NCBI GenBank assembly: GCA_951406725.2
Contig: OX597815.1
Span: 23,870,001-23,934,000 of the forward strand
DNA: 64,000 nucleotides
Direction of reading: 5' to 3'
Source of the DNA: Octopus vulgaris
Lineage: Eukaryota
Positions 63,931 to 64,000 of the stretch are shown in pieces; positions within the stretch are counted from its first letter, which is position 1, and the number at the start of each line of letters is the position of its first letter. The translations under genes and the position numbers were made by a program. The notes under the pieces are model-generated. The model made no database searches. It had not been told where the DNA came from and saw only the letters and a program-made list of their open reading frames with translations.

Positions 63931-64000
63931 ATCATCATCATCATCATCGTTTAGCGTCCGCTTTCCATGCTAGCATGGGTTGGACGGTTCAACTGGGGTC
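63931..64000 (-). mobile_element. RTE-type 3' tail, cut by the window edge
   Basis: (CAT)n gtttagcgtccgctttccatgctagcatggg, same as 48017. Confidence 0.85.

Noticed and set aside
60420-64000. Search for the next (PHD CxxC..GAxxGC) exon
   Set aside because: No such frame with splice sites seen; presumably beyond the window.

Overview
AT-rich, repeat-dense animal genomic DNA. The SINE, RTE and MITE families look like those of Octopus (coleoid cephalopod); this is recognised from memory, not from a search. The only host gene I can support is a + strand RAI1/TCF20-family chromatin regulator. It has a probable exon at 27846-27968, a 104-nt exon at 53530-53633 and a 5010-nt giant exon at 54858-59867 (polyQ, AT-hook-like motif, N-half of the extended PHD); the rest of the PHD lies beyond the window. 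The remainder is intronic/intergenic: RTE LINE 3' ends, three tRNA-derived SINE types, piggyBac derivatives and TTAA MITEs, a Penelope-like element with an inverted 5' part, R4/Dong, CR1-like, mariner and Helitron-like relics, foldbacks and microsatellites. Most notable: (1) arrays of a fixed 26-nt module predicted to fold as an H-type pseudoknot in the RTE 3' UTR; (2) two ~270-300-bp tandem duplications, each pairing an empty TTAA site with a MITE-filled one; (3) twin-priming-like geometry of the Penelope insertion. All coordinates were read by eye, and edges of degenerate repeats are approximate.
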